Shown here: positions 61,491-63,986 of the stretch, in pieces | Layout of the letters: every line of letters begins with the position of its first letter | How positions within the stretch are numbered: position 1 is the first letter of the stretch | Assembly: GCA_013239625.1 (NCBI GenBank) | Contig: MU053557.1 | Coordinates: forward strand, 2,014,123-2,078,108 | Direction of reading: 5' to 3' | DNA length: 63,986 nucleotides | Source: Lama guanicoe | Lineage: Eukaryota | Made by a program: the position numbers and the translations under genes | Notes under the pieces: generated by a model | What the model was told of the DNA's origin: nothing | Seen by the model: the letters and a program-made list of their open reading frames with translations, nothing else | The model's database searches: none

Positions 61491-63986
61491 TGCGGTGCTT
61501 GCGATTTCTGAAGTCTGTTCTGGTGTCCCCCATCTGACCCCAGTGAGACGATACACTCCGAAGAGACAGAGACCATGCCTCCCTTTCAACCCCATCCTCG
61601 TATTGCCTCACTCAAGGCTGGGAACACTCAGAACACTTGTCAACGGAAAGGCATCAGACATTCACTCTCAAATCATGGCCCTCCAATGTTCCAGGAGTTC
61701 TGCTAGTTAAAATCCATGACCCAGAGTGTTCAGAAAAATGACACCCAGAGTTTGCGGGAAACTGCTGGTTAGGAGAAGAGGCTGAGCTTAGGGGACAGCA
61801 AGAGAAGGTAAAGAACAAAAAGTAAACTGCCCCCCCTCTGCAATATACCTCAGTCGTTGGGTGTCAACAAATTCCTAACGCCAGCGGAAGACAGAATTGG
61901 GAGAAGGACAGTCCCTTCACATCTGTCCCATATGGTTTAGCCACTGACCTTCCTGAAAGCAGACTCAGCAGACATGTGCTGAGTGCTGAGCTACTGTGCT
62001 AAACTCTGGGAAAACAAATAGTAAGTTTAAGGGTGTTCTGAGGATGGGCCAGAAATTGGGATCTCCTCCTGCTTAATGCAAGTCCATGGTTTTACTCCTT
62101 CTGAGCACATTGAGATGAAAATATCCTGACACCTGGAAACAGAGATTCCCTGAAACGTACTCTCCCATTATTTCCTATCCAATGCAGCGCCCTGAAAGGT
62201 GAGATGCAGCTGCGGTCCCAAGCTGGTGTGGTTCACTCAGTGTCAGGAGAAAACAGTAGAGTGCTTGCTCCAGGGGCAGTCTGGCCTTCAGGCACCACAG
62301 ACTGAGCCCTCGGGGCGGGCATTCAAAACTGTTGAAGTCTAATTTGAGGCAGTAGTGGACACGCTTCTCCTGACTTCTGCACCACCTTGTAAAGCCAGCA
62401 AGCACGCTATCCAGAAAGGGGCTGTGAGCCCTGGCTTTGGGCACGTCACTCTCCGTTCTTTTCACTCGCTTATATCCCTGAGGCTGTCCCTAGAAACGAC
62501 CCCTGGATCTCAGTGGACTTGACAGCCACGTCCTGTCAACCCCAGGAAAAGGAAGAATTATTAGGTGACCAGCCACATCAGAGATCTCTGCCTCTGGGTG
62601 GGGTGTTTCCCAAGGGTCTCCTGTAACAACAATCCAGAAGAGGGAGGCAGACTTGTCAAGAAAAAAGATACCAGGCGGTGATCTGGGGGATCCTGAGGCC
62701 TCCAGATGCTACAGTTTCTAAGATTGTAAATCCTTCATTTATTAAGAGGACTTAATAACTCAAAAGGAGCAAAGACAACCGTTTTGATAACGTGGAGGGG
62801 CAGTGAGTGATTATCTTGTTTCTCTTTTTAAAAACGTCCATTGTAGTTGCTATGATATCCTTCAAGAAATTTTAAAAATAATGAGACAACAGATACATGG
62901 CAAGAAATTAGCTTTCTGAAGATGCCACGTGAACTTGACGTTGTCAAATGATTTCTGGGCTCATGACCTTCTTTAGAAGGTCATGCTTCAAGTCCTGCTT
63001 GCATTATGTCCTCCAGCTATATCCCCAAAGTGAAACCCACAGACCTATAAAAATTGACTGTCCTTAGAGAAAAACTTATCAAACCTCACCTAAAACAGAT
63101 GAAGGAATTTAGGACCAGGCACGTGAAACAGCTTCCCTGGGGTCACATGGTGAAAGAATAATAAAGTGGGGAGACATACCTAGGAAATCTGAATCCAGAA
63201 CCCAGGTTTTTAACGATTATGCCATTGTGTGTCTTGACTGGTTCTGGTCTGCTACTTTTCCATCCCACTCTCCCTGTGGGGCCCTTTTCCAAGTCTCAGC
63301 CCTATTCCCTCCACCATAAACAACCACTTTCTAAGACGAGGAGTCTGTTTCAGAGGCCAGCAGAGCACTTAACTTGTAGATGTTCAGAAACAGCTTTTCT
63401 CTGGGATGCTCTTATCCAGAAGATGTGAGGGCAGGACCCTGGCGTAGGGTGGACAGAAGATTTCTTGCAGTCTGTGCTATCCTGGTGAGCAGTGGCCTTT
63501 GGCATCAGTCCCCAGGACCTAGCACAGTGCCTGGTACTCAGGAGATGCGCGACAAGCATCTTCTGTGAATAAATGCCATGAGAAGACCCACAGCAGACTT
63601 AAGAGAACTTTACTTGTTCAGATTTTTATGGTCTCTCATGAAGTCCAGTGAGAGGATTTAATTATCATTATTGTCAAGCAGTTACTCCTTCAGATGGACT
63701 GTTATGACTAGGAGGGTAAGGGTTATAATTAAGGTTCTGGTATGCCCTGGCATTTCAAAAAGCACTAATAGCCCTCAGCCATCAGACTCTGCTTCGGGAC
63801 TAAAATCCTGCCCTGAAGCCAGCAGGCTGTTGGGCTCAGGAGAGCATGAGACTGAAAAGGGAAGAAGGAGGTGAGGGGCCAGGTGGGAACACTCTTTGCC
63901 CAATCAGAGGGCCCAGTTTTAAGAAAAGGATTTTGACTTTCTCTTTTGACGTGGGTTTTGGGTTTTTTTTTTTTTTTTTTCATTTT

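Larger units (their letters stand above)
1..63986 (+). other. SH3RF2: Window lies within the SH3RF2 transcription unit; introns 32479-35383 and 35480-46422 are complete, the flanking introns are partial
   Basis: The three exons join in one open frame with no start or stop codon. I found no RING-encoding exon upstream and no further exon downstream, which fits large flanking introns. Confidence 0.8.

Noticed and set aside
1..63986. A novel prokaryote-style system (CRISPR array, defence operon, retron and similar)
   Set aside because: The sequence is mammalian intronic DNA with spliceosomal exons and mammalian repeats. I saw no regularly spaced repeat-spacer array and no long compact ORFs.

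Overview
Mammalian genomic DNA, very probably a camelid (alpaca/camel/llama): it carries tRNA-Ala-derived vic-1-type SINEs and matching young L1 3' tails, and I saw no Alu, BovA/BovB, PRE-1 or Can-SINE. The window appears to lie entirely inside SH3RF2 (POSHER/PPP1R39, a RING-SH3 E3 ligase/scaffold) on the + strand. Three phase-0 coding exons are visible: 32209-32478 (SH3-1 and the start of SH3-2), 35384-35479 (end of SH3-2) and 46423-46746 (Ser/Arg-rich linker). The RING exon and the downstream exons are outside the window. The rest is intron packed with interspersed repeats: young and old L1, L2, MIR, CR1/L3, MaLR/ERV solo LTRs, hAT MITEs and microsatellites. Repeat family names were assigned by eye from recalled consensus motifs, so subfamily labels and boundaries without a target-site duplication (TSD) are approximate. 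I found no convincing new biological system, and almost all ORF-track entries are chance or repeat-derived. The most unusual structure is in the intron after the 96-nt exon: a 3.2 kb L1 derivative with both termini but no ORF1 or RT. It keeps a CpG-rich promoter, and it shares one target site (three TSD copies) with an adjacent SINE.
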